Shown: piece after piece, positions 50,591-64,000 of the stretch
How positions within the stretch are numbered: position 1 is the first letter of the stretch
Layout of the letters: the number at the start of each line of letters is the position of its first letter
NCBI GenBank assembly: GCA_951406725.2
Contig: OX597838.1
Coordinates: forward strand, 20,708,001-20,772,000
Direction of reading: 5' to 3'
Origin: Octopus vulgaris
Taxonomy: Eukaryota
Length of the DNA: 64,000 nucleotides
Program-made: the position numbers and the translations under genes
The notes under the pieces: generated by a model
Seen by the model: the letters and a program-made list of their open reading frames with translations, nothing else
What the model was told of the DNA's origin: nothing
Databases searched by the model: none

Positions 50591-53021
50591 TTATTTATTG
50601 TGCATTAATGCAATATATGTTTGTAGCTTGTGTGTGCAGATCCGATTATATTGGAATTTAGTGCGCAAAAAGATTTTCAGAGGGTGTGGAGGGGAGTTTC
50701 AGTGAATTCACACGAGCTGGCTTTGTTTCCTCATAACTTTCAGAAAAATGGGTATTTCTTATCGAAATTTGCTGCAAATACCCATTTTTCTGAAACAAAA
50801 TGGACTTGTGGGAATTTTCCAAAACTCCTCTCACACTCTATAAAAAGAAAAACAAGAAAACTTTCGCAGCAAATTCTAATATAATCAGAATCTACACCAT
50901 CTGAAGTGCGTATATAGAAAATTCCATTAAAAAGTACTCGTTTTTCTGAAGGTTATGAGGAAACAAAGTCAGTGGTGGTAGTGGTGGTGGTGGGGTGCCT
51001 GCTGATGTTAATATACGCACACAAATGCATCATAGGAAAATTAGAAGATGCGGTGTGTTATGTGCATAAATGTTAGTTAATGATACACTTTAGGCATTAA
51101 AGTATAGAGTATTAAACTTAGTTCACTCTCTCTCTCTCACAAGCACGCAAAACAAAAATGGGCTTCTGCTGTGTGTGTGTCTACTTTCCAGGTGTTCTGG
51201 ATGGGAATTCTTGGCAAACTGCAAATTTTTATGTAGTTGTAATTGCGTGCGTATATGTGCATACTTATAAAGTAGCAAGGGTGTGGAGGGAGAGAGAGAA
51301 AGAAAGAAAGCAAGCAAGGGGGGAAAGTGAAGAGGGAGCAGGGGAGTGTTCATTATTTTGTGGTACATCCTGAATGAAATACTTGAGAGAGAACGAGAGC
51401 TCTTAACAGTGCAAAATGTAAAACAGACCTAGTTTTAATTATATTTAACAACTGTGCCTCGTGCTGCCACACTGTGGCTAGAAACAACAGTGAATTTATA
51501 AATAGATCTAACAGCAGAAATCATGCAGGGCAGAGAAAGGGAGAAAGGGAGAATTTAGGAAAGCAAATAAAAAATAAAAAAAAAGATATCTGGGCCTCAA
51601 CCTAGAGATATGTGATATCATGAAAAAATTGTATTTTAAGATTAAGATAATGTTGGCAAGCTCTGGTTGAGCGGACTCATAATCACAAGTCTAGCCATGA
51701 CCATCATGTCTTTTTTCTATATCAGGGGCCATGTTTCTCCTCTACTGTAACCTATTTTTTATTGAAGCTTGTAGCATGTTATTTGAGGGAGGTTTGGCTG
51801 CTATTTCTAGCAGATTTAGTGACTTGACTTGTTGGACTGAAGTGCGTATAAAATTGATGTATTGCAAATCCATTGATCTGTCCCAGTAGGTCAGAAAAAT
51901 AATTAAAACTGATTGTGTTGCTGATGATAATGATGTAGAAATACTAGTTATTATAAGAGAAGTTTGCTGTCTAATCATATGGTTCTGGGTTCAGTCTCAC
52001 TGCGTGACACCCGAGTCAAGTGTTTTCTACTCTAGGCCCAGGGCCAACCAAATCCTTGTGGGTGGATTTGGTTGGTTGAAACTGAGAGAAGCTTGTCATG
52101 CACACACATATTCTTTTCTACTCTAGGCACAAGGCCTGAAATTTTGGGGGAGGGGACCACTTGATTAGATTGACCCCCAGTACATGCACCCATATATTTT
52201 CACATGACAGGCTTCTTTCAGTTTCCGTCTACCAAATCCACTCACAAGGCTCTGGTCGATCAGAGGCTATAATGGAAGACACTTGCCCGAGGTGCCACGC
52301 AGTAGGACTGAACCTAGAACCATGTGGTTGGTAAGCAAGCTGTCTGATGAATGTCTAATAGGAAATTCTTTACATTACTATCTAACTTGTAAATGTTTGT
52401 AGTTCCTATTACTTTCTCTTTTACTTGTTTCAGTCATTTGACTGTGGCCATGCTGGAGCATCGCTTTTAGTCGAGCAAATCAACTCCAGGACTTATTCTT
52501 TGTAAGCCTAGTACATATTCTACCGGTCCCTTTGGCCGAATTGCTAATTTACAGGGACCTAAATACACCAGCATCGGTTGTCAAGCGATGTTGGGGGGAC
52601 AAACACAGACACACATACATATATACGACGGGCTTCTTTCAGTTTCCGTCTACCAAATCCACTCATAAAGGCTTTAGTCGGCCCGAGGCTATAGTAGAAG
52701 ACACTTGCCCAAGGTGCCACACAGTGGTACTGAACCCAGAACAATGTTATCGGTAAGCAAGCTACTTACCGCACAGCCACTTTTTCCAAGTGTGCATTAG
52801 GAAATGGAACCCGTGTAATGGAGAGTAAATAATACCAAAAAATTTTCAATTTCCTGTTTTTTTATGCAATAACTCTGCAGATGATGTTTCCATAATTCTC
52901 AATTTTAATATGTATTTTAAATAACATACTGAAGCGACTATGGACACATTGATTGTTAAAACGGAATTAGCAGCTGTACTTTAAGAGGAAACAGCTGAAA
53001 ATTATCCTAACTAACTATATA

Positions 53022-53070
<49 letters not shown>

Positions 53071-54169
53071 TGTGACTGAAGACCCGACAAATGAAGTGAG
53101 TGCATGGTTCGCAGGATGGCCTGCTTTGCTAACCTAGGATCGTAGAGTGACCCGCTGTTCTTGAGGAGTCAAGTATGTCAACACCAACATCAAAATAATA
53201 ATCAAATGGAAATTGTAGTTAAGATACTCACGCTGGTGACATGTAAAAAGCACCGTCCAAACGTGGCAGATGCCAGCGCCACCTGACTGGCGTCCGTGTC
53301 GGTGACACGTAAAGGCACCAACCGATTGTGGCCGTTTGCCAGCCACCTCTGGCCCCTGTGCCGGTGGCACGTAAAAAGAACCCACTACACTCACGGAGTG
53401 GTTGGCATTAGGAAGGGCATCCAGCTGTAGAAACACTGTCAGATCAGACTGGAGCCTGGTGCAGCCTCCTGGCTTCCCAGATCCTGGTCGAGCTGTTCAA
53501 CCCATGCTAGCATGGAAAGCGGACGTTAAATGATGATGATGATGATGATGAAGGATTTTAAAATATTCATTGAAGAAGTGGCAGATACAATGTTCAGTAA
53601 CATCTGGAATAGGTCAAAAGGCTTTTCAAAGTTTGTGTCATGAAAAATTGAAAATTTACACTAACAATAGTGTTCATTTGTTGAACAATATCAATTTTAT
53701 TTATTGTTTGACTTCATCATCATCATCAATGTTGTTTTTATGTTCACTTTTCCAAGTGTGCATGGGTTGGACAGATTTTGCTTTGTTAGAGCTTTCTATG
53801 ACTGGATGGCATTCCTGTCACCTATCATCATTATCTGTTTCCAAGTAAGGTAATATTTCCCCTGAGCAGATGGGTTTTCGCTGAAACTTGGAAATAAAAG
53901 ACACCGCTTGCGTGATGGTGACACTCATTTACAACTATTATACAAAGTCAAAGCAGTGAGACAGTAACACACGCATACACAAATGCAACTATCACTCCAT
54001 CGGTTACGACAACAATCCAATCAACGGAACACCTCACTCATGAAATTAACATGTATGTGGCTGAGCACTTCACAGATATGTGTACCCTTAATGTAGCTCC
54101 GAGGGAGATTCATTCAGTGTGACACAGAGTGTGATAAGGCTTGTATCAGAGTGTGATAGAGATTGTATT

Positions 54170-54760
54170 TAAAGCTCTTTAAATACAAACCTTTGACTCT
54201 GTAACACTGTATATAAATTCTCTACTGGGAATGACCAAGTTTAAAAATCTGCTCGATCTCACTCATAAGGGAATCTTACATTGCTTATAAACTCTATATT
54301 TGGAAGGACACATTTTAAACTCTGTTGGACTTTTGGACTTTACTCATAGGATATTGGAATATTGCATATATACCATTATGCCTGTAAAATGGATTTACAA
54401 CTTCAATACCCATACGTTTCTTGCATCTATTTTCTTTCCTCCACCTCACTCTCTATTTTGTGTCACATCTAAACTAACTATGACTTAGCTATCCTTTCAC
54501 ACCGTCTCTGATGAAGGGATATTATTAATAAATATCCTAGAAACAGCTGTAAGACCTATCTATAAATGCTCTAATATCTACACAGCCTTGGTTTTTTATC
54601 TTATTACGCAAAAAAATTCTTATATACACATGCTGACATAGAACCAATGTTGAACCCTTTATTCACAATATTACTGAATCTGGAACTTAACTATGGTCTG
54701 TCTATAGCACTTATTCAGCATTACCTGACACCTTTGGGTCTCAATGACACCATTATCTCC
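54170..54760 (+). mobile_element. Probable Penelope-like element 3' end/pLTR remnant
   Basis: Non-SINE segment containing a minimal hammerhead and ending at a (TA)n tract; boundaries approximate. Confidence 0.45.
54503..54556 (+). ncRNA. Minimal type I hammerhead ribozyme
   Basis: GTCT-CTGATGA-A GGGATATT attaata AATATCCT A-GAAA-CAGCTG-TA-AGAC; palindromic stem III ACAGCTGT and a GUA triplet. Confidence 0.75.
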
Positions 54761-54791
<31 letters not shown>

Positions 54792-54989
54792 TAAGTTCAG
54801 CAAAATTTAGATTCAAATGAATATGGTACTTAAGTTAGATGCACCAGAATTTTGTATGGTGTTATCCATATAAATCCATGGGGTAATTATAATCAAAATA
54901 AGCAACATATATATATATATTCAAATAAACACTCGAAAGAAATGTAAACAGGATGTATTTCCTGGACTAAAAAGTTCATTGGTTGACCA

Positions 54990-55350
54990 AGATACCTTCA
55001 TGGAATGTGAGCAAAGGAGGTTTGCAGTCCACACACTTCTTACATCAGTGTTTGGATCCTGTTGGTGAAGGAGCTTTCATCCTGTTGTTCAAAAAAGTAG
55101 TCAACAGCTGATTTGACGTAACTATCACTTCAACACTGGTTTCCAGCAAAATGTTTTGGACCCTTGGTAAAGCAGGAGCATCATCCCCTAATGTAGCAAC
55201 CATGTCAGCATGAATATTATTGGGAGCTAAATCCTTTTCTGCAGGTCCTTGATAACCCCACAATGCCAAATTTTGTCAATTTTTCAAGAGAAGTTACTAT
55301 TAGTTACTTTTGAAGTTTTCTTTGAACACTGAGATATGAATTTACCTGGA
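54990..55350 (-). mobile_element. Internally deleted mariner transposase remnant
   Basis: Minus-strand peptide NIHADMVATLGDDAPAL..VQ resembles the mariner N-terminal HTH region, joined to a C-terminal ..KKCVD-like segment. Confidence 0.6.
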
Positions 55351-55589
55351 AAGAAACGAGAGGTATTAATAAGAAGCATTGAAAGATTTTAAAGGAAGCT
55401 GAGCAAGTGATAAGAATTAGAGTCCTATCTCTCTGACCTCTCATGTTAGCAAAGCCATGGCATACATTGTCAGAAGAAAATGGCTGGAACTGTCTGTCTG
55501 AATCCTATTAATTAGCACACAATTTGACTTCTTTCCAGGAAGGAATTGCCTTAAACAGTTACTATAGTATTATGACTGGGTACTGAAAC

Positions 55590-55940
55590 AGCTCAACCAT
55601 TCAAATGTGGATGCATTATATCTCACCTCTGGCAAGGCCTATGACAAAATTTATCATGAGATGATTTGTCACAAACAATATGACCTTAGTTTTGTTACAA
55701 AACTAGGTGAGTAGTTACATGGTTTTTTCAAAAGACAGGATTCAGACAGACAGTTCCAGCCATTTATTCTTAGTGGAATCTCTCAGGAAACTGCACTAGG
55801 ATTGCTACTGTTCATTGTGGCTCTCTTAGACATACAGTCAACCACTATCATCAGGTATGCTAATGATACAAAAGTATAACAAACAGTCAAGGACCTTGAT
55901 GATACCTCAAAATTACAGAAAGATCTGAATGCTGTATTTT
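55590..55940 (+). mobile_element. CR1/L2-like reverse transcriptase remnant
   Basis: Degenerate motifs VDALYL..KAYDKI.H, SGISQETALGLLLF, YANDTKV and LQKDL in order, with stops and frameshifts. Confidence 0.65.
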
Positions 55941-56006
55941 TAGAGGGCACTTCAGCTCACAGTCTATAATCAGAATATACAAAACTATAATCAGAATACA
56001 CAAGAA

Positions 56007-56598
56007 GGTGGCAAGCTGGTAGAAACGTTAGCATGCCGGGCGAAAAGCTTAGCGGTATTTCATCTGCTGCTATGTTCTGAGTTCAAATTCCACCGAGGTC
56101 AACTTTGCCTTTCGGGGCGATTAAATAAGTACCAGTTATGCACTTGGGTCGATATAATCGACTTAATCCATTTGTCTGTCCTTGTTTGTCCTCTGTGTGT
56201 TTAGCCCCTTGTGGGTAGTAAAGAAATAGGTATTTCGTCTGCCGTTACGTTCTGAGTTCAAATTCCGCCGAGGTCGACTTTGCCTTTCATCCTTTCAGGG
56301 CGATTAAATAAGTACCAGTTATGCACTGGGGTCGATATAATCGACTTAATCCATTTGTCTGTCCTTGGTTGTCCTCTGTGTGTTTAGCCCCTTGTGGGTA
56401 GTAAAGAAATAGGTATTTCGTCTGCTGTTACATTCTGAGTTCAAATTCCGCCGAGGTCGACTTTGCCTTTCATCCTTTTGGGGGGCGATTAAATAAGTAC
56501 CAGCTATGCACTGGGGTCGATGTAATCGACTTAATTCCTTTGTCTATCCTTGTTTGTTCCCTCTATGTTTAGCTGCTTGTGGGCAATAAAGAAATAAG
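56007..56598 (+). mobile_element. Family A SINE with internal tandem triplication (about 183-nt period)
   Basis: One head followed by three B-box/core/tail units; a similar doubled element is on the minus strand at 26775-27197. Confidence 0.8.
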
Positions 56599-57288
56599 AA
56601 TGTACAAGACCAAGGTGTATTGCAATCTCTGAGTCAGTGCCCGACCTGGGAGTCTGCATTTATTGTAACATCATTCTGCACGCATGTTATTAACCCTTCA
56701 GCATTCAGATTACTGTGTCAAATGTCATCATCATCATTTAGCGTCCGCTTTCCATGCTAGCATGGGTTGGACGGTTCAACTGGGGTCTGTGAAGCTGGAA
56801 GGCTTCGTCAGGCCCAGTCAGATCTGGCAGTGTTTCTACGGCTGGATGCCCTTCCTAATGCCAACCACTCCATGAGTGTAGTGGGTGCTTTTTACGTGCC
56901 ACCCGCACAGGTGCCAGACAGAGCTGGCAAACGGCCACGAACGGATGGTGCTTTTACGTGTCACCGGCACAGGGCCAGGCGAACGCCTATTTATCTATAT
57001 TGTTTGCAATTAATCATGTATTATCTTATAGCTTTTGGATTTTCGATGTTGTGATTGTTTACTTTTTGAGTGACATTATAGGGTAGGTGTGAGAAGCCAG
57101 ATCTGGTCACTTTTAACATAAAACCGGTAGAATATTTGGGCTGGATATGGCCGGTTTAAATGCTGAAGGGTTAAGATGGCTACAATATGCAGGTAATTGA
57201 CTGGTTGGATTCTGAAATCATTCGGAACATAGAAAAAGGAAACCATGTTGTTCCTATGGAAAACATTTCTTCTCAATCATCTGAATTA

Positions 57289-57728
57289 AGAGGGGGTGCT
57301 GAAAAGTTCAGGGCTTTGGGTAAAAGAAAATACAGGGAGATCAGTTAATTATTTTATTCAACATATTCCCCTCTCAGATTCACACACTTATTGCAGCAGT
57401 CCTTCAGTTTTTCTATGGCCTGTGAAAGAACCTGGAAGGTTGAGCCTCCAGCCAGGCCTTTGCTGATACTCTTAACCCTTTAGCATTTAAACCGGCCATA
57501 TCCGGCCAAAAGTATTCAGCCTGTTTTATGTTCAAACAGGCCAGATCTGGTCTCTTGCACTAACCCTACAATATCGTTTTAAAAATTAACAGCTACCTCA
57601 TCAAAATCTCATAGCTACAAGATAATGCTTGATTAGTTCAAAACAATGTGGATGAAGAAGCATTAATTTTGGCAGAATAATTTGAACACTAAAGGGTTAA
57701 AGCCAGGAGCTTTTCCGCATCCCATTGT
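57289..57728. mobile_element. Mariner-type MITE (host of the piggyBac MITE)
   Basis: Degenerate TIRs GGGGGTGCTGAAAAGTTCAGGGCTTT / AAAGCCAGGAGCTTTTCCGCATCCC. Confidence 0.6.
57476..57696. mobile_element. piggyBac-type MITE (TTAA TSD) nested in a mariner-type MITE
   Basis: TTAA|CCCTTTAG...CTAAAGGG|TTAA. Related copies at about 8896-9100, 31031-31288 and 56693-57170. Confidence 0.85.
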
Positions 57729-58978
57729 ACTGCTCCCCATTATAGCTGGCATAGAGTTTTGAATTAACAGCAGAACTGGAGGCAATCCAGTGCTACTACA
57801 GCAAAAAGGTTGCTTTAGTGCCACAGACAAGCTACCAGCAGATCTAAAAGAGCTTGACCCTCTATGGCACATTATTGAAAGCAAACTGCTTAACCAATAG
57901 GCTATGCACCTCCACTTGTATGATGGGTAACACTCCAGTATCTTTTGACTTTCACTTGTTTCAGTCATTAGACTGTGGCCATGCTGGGACACTGCTTTGG
58001 AGAATTTTTAGTTGAATGTATTTGTGACACCATTATTTGTTTTTAAAGCCTTGTAGTTATTCTATCAGTCTCTTTTGCCAAATTGCTTAGTTATGGGGAC
58101 ATAAATACACCAACACCAGTTGTGAAGTGCTGGTGGTGGGGACAAGCACAACATCACACACACACACACACACACACACATGTATGCATACATATATGTG
58201 ACAAGCTTCTTTCAGTTTCTGTCTACCAAATCCACTCACAAGGCTTTGGTCGGCCCGAAGCGATAGTAGAAGTCACTTGCCCAAGGTGTCATGCAGTGGG
58301 ACTGAACCCTTGAGCTATGTGGTCGGGGAATCATCTAACTTCTAACCACACACCCACGCCTAATTTTCATTGTTAATATCGTTTGTTGTTCCCATTGTTT
58401 TGTGGTTAATAAAACAAACAAAAGACAGCTTAATTATATAATGAAGGGAGATCGGATAGAGTGGAGGGGTTACTACAGCTAAAGCCCAAACAGGTGCAGC
58501 AGAGGGAGACAATGGTGTTGTAACCGAAAACCAGCTGGATCTTAAATGGCACACAAAGGAACAGGCCTGCATGTGTGTGTGTGTGTGTGTGAGCATGTGT
58601 ACACACACGCACACAGTGGACAGATACGTGTGCACATATGTAGATCTTGACATACATACACAAACACTTGTGTGCAAGAGCAGGAGAAAGGGGTTCTAGA
58701 AATTAATCTTTCTAAGCAATTAATTAGCAGTCATTTTTTTTAGATGTGTGTGTGTGTACATGTATGTATATGAACATATGAATATGCGTATACGCATAAA
58801 TTCATTCCATTCAATTTATTGTATATGAAACAAACTGTATATTCATCAGTGTAGATTCACTTTCCCATGGTGTTTTATATATATATATATATATATACAC
58901 ATACATACATATATATATGTATATATATACATACATATATATATACATACATACATATATACATACATATATACATAC

Positions 58979-59009
<31 letters not shown>

Positions 59010-59528
59010 CACATATATATATATATACATACATATATATATATGTCTATGTATGCACATGTATGTTGTTTACTCTTCCTCCCTCTTTTACTTGTTTCAG
59101 TCATTTTGGCTGTGGCCATGCTGGAGCATCGCCTTTAGTCGATCAAATTGACTCTAGCTCTTATTCTTTGTAAACCTAGTACTTTTCCTATCAGTCTCTT
59201 TTGCCGAACTGCTAAGTTACGGGGACGTAAACACGCCAGCATCAGTTGTCAAGCGACAAACCCAGACACACAAACATACACGCACACATACATGTATATA
59301 TATACACACTCATATACATATATATGACAGGCTTCTTTTCAGTTTCCGTCTACCAAATCCATTAACGAGGCTTTGGTCAGCCCGAGGCTATGGTAGAAGA
59401 CACTTGCCCAAGGTGCCACATAGTGGGACTGAGCCGAAACCATGTGATTGGTAAGCAAGCTGCTTACCACACAGCCACTCCTACGCTGTTTGTATGCATA
59501 TATATGTGATTGTGTGCACATACATATT

Positions 59529-59586
<58 letters not shown>

Positions 59587-60184
59587 TGCTTATGTGTAGC
59601 ATGTGTATGTACACATGAATATAATATTTTCCTGTGGGTGTTAACTCTGGAGTATAACTTATCAATCTCATCCACAGGTCCAGGTTATCAAAGGAAGAGA
59701 CTGAATCCAGTGCAACAATAGTAAATTCATATAATAAACGACCATGCTTACTCCATTCTGCTTGTTTATAATTTTGTGTGTGTGTGTGTATAAATGTATA
59801 TATCTGTCTATACATGCAAGTCTGTATGTGTTAATGGTGAATTTATACCCTTACATACACACACGCACAAATGTACATTTGTATACATTTGTATGTATGT
59901 GTGTATGTAATTGGCACTCTGGCCAATTTCCACGATGTTTTTAATAGTGTTAGTATAGTTCTTTTTAGAGTTTTATCTAAAATGGTTACTTTAGGAAGCT
60001 CGCCCCCCCACTTCTTGCTTCCCCAGTCTTTGCCTCCTACTACACACCTACCCTGTTACCAGAGGTTTCTGGTGGTAGTCCAGACATAAGTATTTCTTTG
60101 TTAGTCACTGTTCTTTGAGTTCTCTTTTGCCAAACTCCCAACCCAACCCACTCCAGTACACCTACACTCATACTCACTTTTACA

Positions 60185-60820
60185 TTTGTGTGTGTGTGTG
60201 TGTGTGTGTATATATGGATGTATGTATGTATGTATGTATGTATATGTATGTATGGATGTATGTGTGTGTATGGATGTATGTTGTGTATCTATGCTTGTAT
60301 ATATATATATATGTGTGTGTGTGTTTTCTTTGCACTCTATATACACATACACACATGGATATATGTGCATATTTAGTCATGTATATATACATGTATGCAT
60401 ACACAGCTGTTTGTCAATGCATATATATATATACACGTCATGTGTGCATATATGTATGTGTGTGTCAGTGTATGTATGTATATATGTATGTATATGTATG
60501 TATGTGTGTGTGTATATATATATATATATGTATGTATATATATATGTATGTATATGTATGTATGTATATGTATGTATATGTATATATATATATGTATATG
60601 TATATATATATATGTGTATGTATATATATATATGTGTGTATGTATATATATATATGTGTATGTATATATATATATGTGTGTATGTATATATATATATGTG
60701 TGTATGTATATGTATGTATATATGTGTATGTGTGTATGTATGTATGTATGTATATATATATGTATGTATATATATATATTATACACACACATATAATGTG
60801 TGTATACATGTATCCACACA
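60185..60820. repeat. Complex (TA)/(TG)/(TATG) microsatellite
   Basis: Low-complexity tract; a similar tract lies at 58875-59060. Confidence 0.9.
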
Positions 60821-62974
60821 TAGTTAATGGTTTAAATAATTGAAGCTGTTGTTTTCAATGCAGGTGGGATTGAAATTAGGAAATTGGGTTTCTTTTTGTT
60901 GTTGTTAAAACTGACCAGCTTTTATATGGTGGTGGTGGTGGTCGTGGCAGCGTTAATAATGTTGATGGTGGTGGTAGTGGTGGTGATGGTTTTAGTACAG
61001 TGTTTATGTTGTTGGTGGTCATAGGAAGTGGTCGTTGCAGCAGTTTGTATTGGAAGTAATACTTGTTGTTGAGCTGAAGGTTGATTAAAGCAGATCTATG
61101 ATCAGTGACATTCTAGGCATGACCATCTCGTCTTTCATTAACATCATTTTACGTGGCTGTGTGGTAAGTAGCTTGCTTACGAACCACATGGTTCCAGGTT
61201 CAGTCCCACTGCGTGGCACCTTGGGCAAGTGTCTTCTACTATAGCTTCATCATTGTAACCAATAAGTTGACATGGAGTATTCTAGCCATCTGATCAGCAA
61301 TGGAGCTCTGTACTCATTGCATTATATGTAAACGGCTGAGTATCTCACAGACAGTAGTACCTATAGTGTAATCATCAGGCAGAATCTGTGACCCTTTAGA
61401 TCAAAGCTCTAATTTATTTTAGGAGTTTCCCTACAGATTTTGCTACCCAATTTCACCCCCAAGTTTTGGGTCAAGTCAATGGTAGAAAACACCTGAAGGT
61501 TCAGTCCACTGAGATGAACCTGAATTCTCATGATTGCTGAGTATACTTCTTAACTACTGTGCTTTCCAGCACACAAATTGATGCAGTCTATAATTTTTAT
61601 TTATGTGCCCTTTTCAAGCCTAGCCAGGCCCATGGGTCCGGTTTCTATGGCATATGTGTTCCCCCCAGCTGGACGGGATGCCAGTCCATCGCAGCGTTAC
61701 TCAAGAAACAGGAAGAAAGAGTGAGAGAAAGTTGGGGTGAAAGAGTACAACAGGGGTTGCCACCACCCCCTGACGGAGCCTCATGGAGCTTTTAGGTGTT
61801 TTCGCTCGATAAACACATACAACGCCCGGTCTGGGAACTGAAACCGCGATCCTCCGACCGCAAGTCCGCTGCCCTAACCACTGGGCCATTGCGCCTCCAG
61901 TATTCTATAATGCAAGTATTCTATTACCATCTCTATCTTTCCAAACCCTGCTGTACTTCATATGGAATCTTTGGTCTACCAAAATTGCCTTGGTGAATAA
62001 AGTAACCTATCTTTATTTTGGCTGTAAATTTTGGTTTGAAAATTTCAACTCGCATGCCAGAAAATATGGTACATGGCTATGCCCTTCACCACACACATTT
62101 GAAGTTATGAACTTGTGTGGTGTTCTTGGGTTCACGGTTCTCATTGAGCTGTTTATGATTGTCCTAACCTCAGTGAATTTATGCACACTTTCCTCTCAAC
62201 CTTCTATATCTAATCACTCAAAAACTGCCATATCACAAACAGAACTTATAATGGCAAAGTACCAAATTAAATATAATTTTAGCTCTCAAACATCTGTGTC
62301 ACAATTGAAGCTTTATTGATCATCTCTTTGCATTTTATTGATCATCTCTCTTCATTTAGTTGGAGCCAGTTTAAATTTATTAAATTGATAAAGCTAGTGT
62401 TTTTATAGTAAGACCTGTCTTCTTGCATTTAAGACCAGTCTGTTCTTCATTATTGCCATTCTCTTATTGTGTAACCTATTTTTATGAAGTAGTATTAGTC
62501 TGCCTGTGATGATACCCTCATCTTATGCTAAGACCAGTCTGCACTTGATGATTGTCATTCTCTTATGGTGTAACCTAGTTTCTTGAACTAAGATTAGAGA
62601 ATTAGTGTTGTAAAGACTGAGACATTGGTCTTCTTAAGAAAGTTTTCGCAGAGCACTCTGCATATTCGTGGAGGCACATGGCCTAGTGGTTAAAGCAGCG
62701 GACTCGCGGTCGAGGGATCGCAGGTTTGAATCTCAGACCGGGTGGTGTGTGTGTTTATGAATGAAACACCTAAGCTCCACGCGGCTCCAGCAGACGGTAA
62801 TGGCGAACCTCTGCTGACTCTTTCGCCACAACTTTCTCTCACTCTTTCCTCCTGCATCTTGCAGCTCACCTGTGACGGACCAGCGTCCTGTCCAGGTGGG
62901 GAACCTGTACGCCAAGAAACCGGCCCTTATGAGCCAGGCATGGCTCGAGAAGGAAGGAACAAATGTTAGTGGGA

Positions 62975-63948
62975 CATTGCTGAAACAAGTGGAGATGTAT
63001 CTCAGAGCTGTATTCTTGAGAGATGGGAAGCAGGGGGCTGAATTGGATGCTTAGAATTGCAGGTGTTGGCACAGTGATGCGTCAGCTCCACCATTCAGTC
63101 CTCAGAAAAGGAGAGGTTGGTAACAAAAAGGCAAAACTTGCAATTTCCCATTTGGTTTCGATACCTATCCTCACCTATGGTCATGAAGGATAGGTAATAA
63201 CCTGAACGAGTGCAATCATGAATACAAGCAGCTGAAATGGGGGTTTCTCTGGAACAGTGGTACTCAACCATTTTTTCTCTGTGTAACCCCTTGGTTCTTA
63301 TTTTACTCTACTGAACCTCCATAGCCATTCAATGTTTTAAAAATCCTATTGTATTTTTATAATGAAATATTATTCGGAATTGAATCAAAGAGAAAAGAAG
63401 TTAAAATAATCTGTGTATTGTAGAAGTGTAACCAATTTATTGCACATAAATTGGAAAGACAAAATCTTATATGGACCCCCAAGGGCCATATGGACTCCGG
63501 TTGAGAACTGCTGCTCTGGAGGGTCTCAGAAGTAATGTTACTTGACAAGGTGTATAACTCGGAGATCAGGGAGTTTCTCCCAGTTGAGTTGCTACTTCTT
63601 TGCATTGAGGGTTCACAACCCTAGTACTATTGGCTGGGTCATGCCCTCCGTTATCGACCAGGAGAATTCATCTACGAAGCAATTGCCCCAGCTCCCCTTC
63701 AGGGTTGGCGAAAGCGATGTGGTGGACAACAAAAAACTTGGCTGATGACAGTCAAGGCTGATCTGGAACCCAACCTAGACCCCCATATCTACGGCATTCG
63801 CCGCTGGAATAAGGAGTGGTTGGAGATCATGCGGTCGTTAGCCTCAAATCATCAGGCCTGGTTGGCATTTGTGAGAGATGCAGCATTGAGGATGAATGAA
63901 GCCAGCTCAACCCACCCTGGGTGAATGCTGTCAAGTCAAGTCAGTCAG
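62975..63948 (+). mobile_element. RTE-like LINE 3' remnant
   Basis: Degenerate PILTYGHE...IQAAEMG.L...DKVYNSEIR...LGHALR, ending in GTCAAGTCAAGTCAGTCAG. The same 3' tail occurs at about 35729-35850. Confidence 0.7.
63255..63513. mobile_element. hAT-type MITE inserted in a LINE remnant
   Basis: TIRs CAGTGGTACTCAACC / GGTTGAGAACTGCTG, TSD CTCTGGA(A/G); a related copy lies at about 36308-36552. Confidence 0.8.
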
Positions 63949-64000
63949 ATGAGAATGTTGCAGGAAAGAATCACAAGACAGATTTTTTTTTTGCTGAGCT

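Noticed and set aside
60101-60843. ORFs of 213-242 aa rich in V/C/M/Y
   Set aside because: Microsatellite translation with no protein-like content.
42104-64000. ACAP second exon
   Set aside because: No segment encoding the expected BAR-domain continuation with splice sites was recognised; it probably lies beyond the window.

Overview
AT-rich, repeat-dense animal genomic DNA. The SINE and microsatellite landscape resembles coleoid cephalopods, probably Octopus (inference). Three spliced protein-coding genes can be read directly. (1) The last three exons of the RNAPII CTD phosphatase Ssu72 (+, 5859-12597); the first of them is preceded by a U12-type branch site. (2) An enolase gene (-, 17774-29047, with a probable first exon near 37.3 kb) that lacks one essential 68-nt exon. 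(3) The first coding exon of an ACAP/centaurin-beta ArfGAP (+, 42051-42103), head-to-head with enolase. The rest is tRNA-derived SINEs, MITEs, LINE and mariner remnants, minisatellites and microsatellites; nearly all ORFs in the supplied track are artefacts of these repeats. The most striking non-gene signal is a set of type I hammerhead ribozyme motifs, mostly in (TA)n-associated Penelope/retrozyme-like units. They include a 533-nt tandem dimer with two canonical ribozymes and variants whose core 3-8 pair is C-G, U-A or G-C. All structures were paired by eye, not computed.
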